Assembly (NCBI GenBank): GCA_963719505.1
Contig: CAVRCF010000005.1
Coordinates: forward strand, 1,184,001 to 1,248,000
Direction of reading: 5' to 3'
From: Halobacteriovoraceae bacterium
Lineage (GTDB): Bacteria > Bdellovibrionota > Bacteriovoracia > Bacteriovoracales > Bacteriovoracaceae
Length of the DNA stretch: 64,000 nucleotides
Shown here: positions 62,808-64,000 of the stretch, piece by piece
Layout: the number at the start of each line of letters is the position of its first letter
Numbering within the stretch: the stretch's first letter is position 1
The notes under the pieces: model-generated
Told to the model about the DNA's origin: nothing
Seen by the model: the letters and a program-made list of their open reading frames with translations, nothing else
Database searches by the model: none
Made by a program: the position numbers and the translations under genes

Positions 62808-63204
62808 CCATCTCGCTATGTAATGGACCTCTATTTTTAAAACGAAACCGTCGCAACATTCTAAATGACTCAAGCGAATAGTCTGACAGAACAAAAGTCA
62901 AAAGCATCGATGCAAAAGAGACAAAGAATAAGGCCAAGCAAATATGATATTCTTTTATCCATGGATTTGCTTCACTTAAAAGCCACGACACATTCATCAC
63001 AATCCATGTCAGCACTGTAAAGTTAATTCCTTTTTCCACAGGCTTTTGGGATACCAAAAGGGTCAAAAGTCCTGTGACAATAGTTGGAAGGGCAAAAAAG
63101 TAGGCCAAGGATTGGTATTCTAACATCCAAGAACTATCCATTAGAAACCAACAGATAGAGTTCAACACCTCTAAAAGATAAATTGTTTTTGCATTGTCTT
63201 TCAT
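62785..63204 (-). CDS. Small membrane protein, hypothetical
   Basis: 4 TM segments; CWFLMDSSWM and WIVMNVSWL repeats. Confidence 0.7.
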   Translation of the reverse strand: MKDNAKTIYLLEVLNSICWFLMDSSWMLEYQSLAYFFALPTIVTGLLTLLVSQKPVEKGINFTVLTWIVMNVSWLLSEANPWIKEYHICLALFFVSFASMLLTFVLSDYSLESFRMLRRFRFKNRGPLHSEMVNVYESK

Positions 63205-63289
63205 TTGGTCTTCTCACAGAGGGTTTAGTAGCTGCGATTTTACACTAATAATGAAAAACTCATTATGCAAAATGAATGGTCTATAGAAA

Positions 63290-63796
63290 TTACCTTATGC
63301 TTCTGACAAGGGCTTTACTCACCCCTTCAAGGTCATCCATATTAAGTTCCTCTTTAAAGGTAGCTCTAACCTGACGTCCTAAAACATTCATTCCGATATA
63401 AGACAGTTGGGTTCTTAAAGACACGAGTGCTGGAACACCTCCACCACCACTAAAAGTTGCAATGGCAACGGGCTTGTCATTAAAAGAAGATCTCCAATCA
63501 GAACCTCCACCTCTACTAATCCAAGCAATCATACTTGTTACCACAGGAGGAACACCGCCATTATATTCAGGAATAACAAAAACAAAGCCCTTGGCTTGAT
63601 TAAATTGTTTTACCAACTCGTAAACCTTCTCGGGGATTCCTTTTGATTCTTCTAAAGTCGTATAAAGTGGAATCTCCAAGGAAACAAGATTGATAACTTC
63701 TGAAGAAACGTTCATCTTCTCTAGGCATTTATGAAATTGATTTGAATGATCTAAATTTTTATTGCTACTACCTGCAATGATAACTATATCACTCAT
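63290..63796 (-). CDS. NADPH-dependent FMN reductase
   Basis: IAGS, FVIPEYNGGVPP, WISR, SGGGG. Confidence 0.88.
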   Translation of the reverse strand: MSDIVIIAGSSNKNLDHSNQFHKCLEKMNVSSEVINLVSLEIPLYTTLEESKGIPEKVYELVKQFNQAKGFVFVIPEYNGGVPPVVTSMIAWISRGGGSDWRSSFNDKPVAIATFSGGGGVPALVSLRTQLSYIGMNVLGRQVRATFKEELNMDDLEGVSKALVRSIR

Positions 63797-64000
63797 TTTT
63801 GACTCGCTTATTTTAAAAGTTTTACCTTTATCCCGTAAAGGTCTTAAGTTCTTAAGAGATCATCATAAGTGAAAGGTTAAAGAATATAAAGCTTAAATTA
63901 AGGGCCTTAAGAATCCAAGGAAAGTTGGCAATTCTCCATTTTAACTGCTTTAAGCCCTTTTTATTGGGCCATCTAAGTGTTTAAAAACGTGTCCATTTGG

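Overview
AT-rich, gene-dense bacterial chromosome segment. Gene content suggests a Bdellovibrionota predator of the Bacteriovorax/Halobacteriovorax type (inference): a DgcB-like FHA-GGDEF cyclase, GYF-PilZ, degenerate HD-GYP and many secreted hypothetical proteins. Main blocks: (1) an envelope operon, sppA-lapB-3 unknowns-tolQRAB; (2) rlmN and a degenerate GH35-like protein; (3) many acyl-CoA/beta-oxidation genes (fadBA, 3 acyl-CoA dehydrogenases, atoB-like thiolase, hbd-crt); (4) pgi, mutL-miaA-ppsR; (5) a signalling cluster (Ser/Thr kinase, FHA-GGDEF, GYF-GYF-PilZ, cNMP-binding, REC/HD-GYP-like); (6) a Lys/Ala-repeat histone-H1-like protein and rpsT; (7) an accessory right half with secreted Cys-catalytic enzymes, alkB, HDAC-family, frmAB, a DUF2388/DUF4105-like divergent pair, sodC and a heavily frameshifted katG. 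No rRNA, tRNA, CRISPR array or transposase was seen. Most notable signals not in the ORF track: six sigma28-type promoters with identical spacing, two sigma54 promoters each with an upstream TGTCAAAA box, an unannotated 32-aa membrane peptide, and several apparently dead enzymes. All family calls come from motif recognition by eye; no database was searched.
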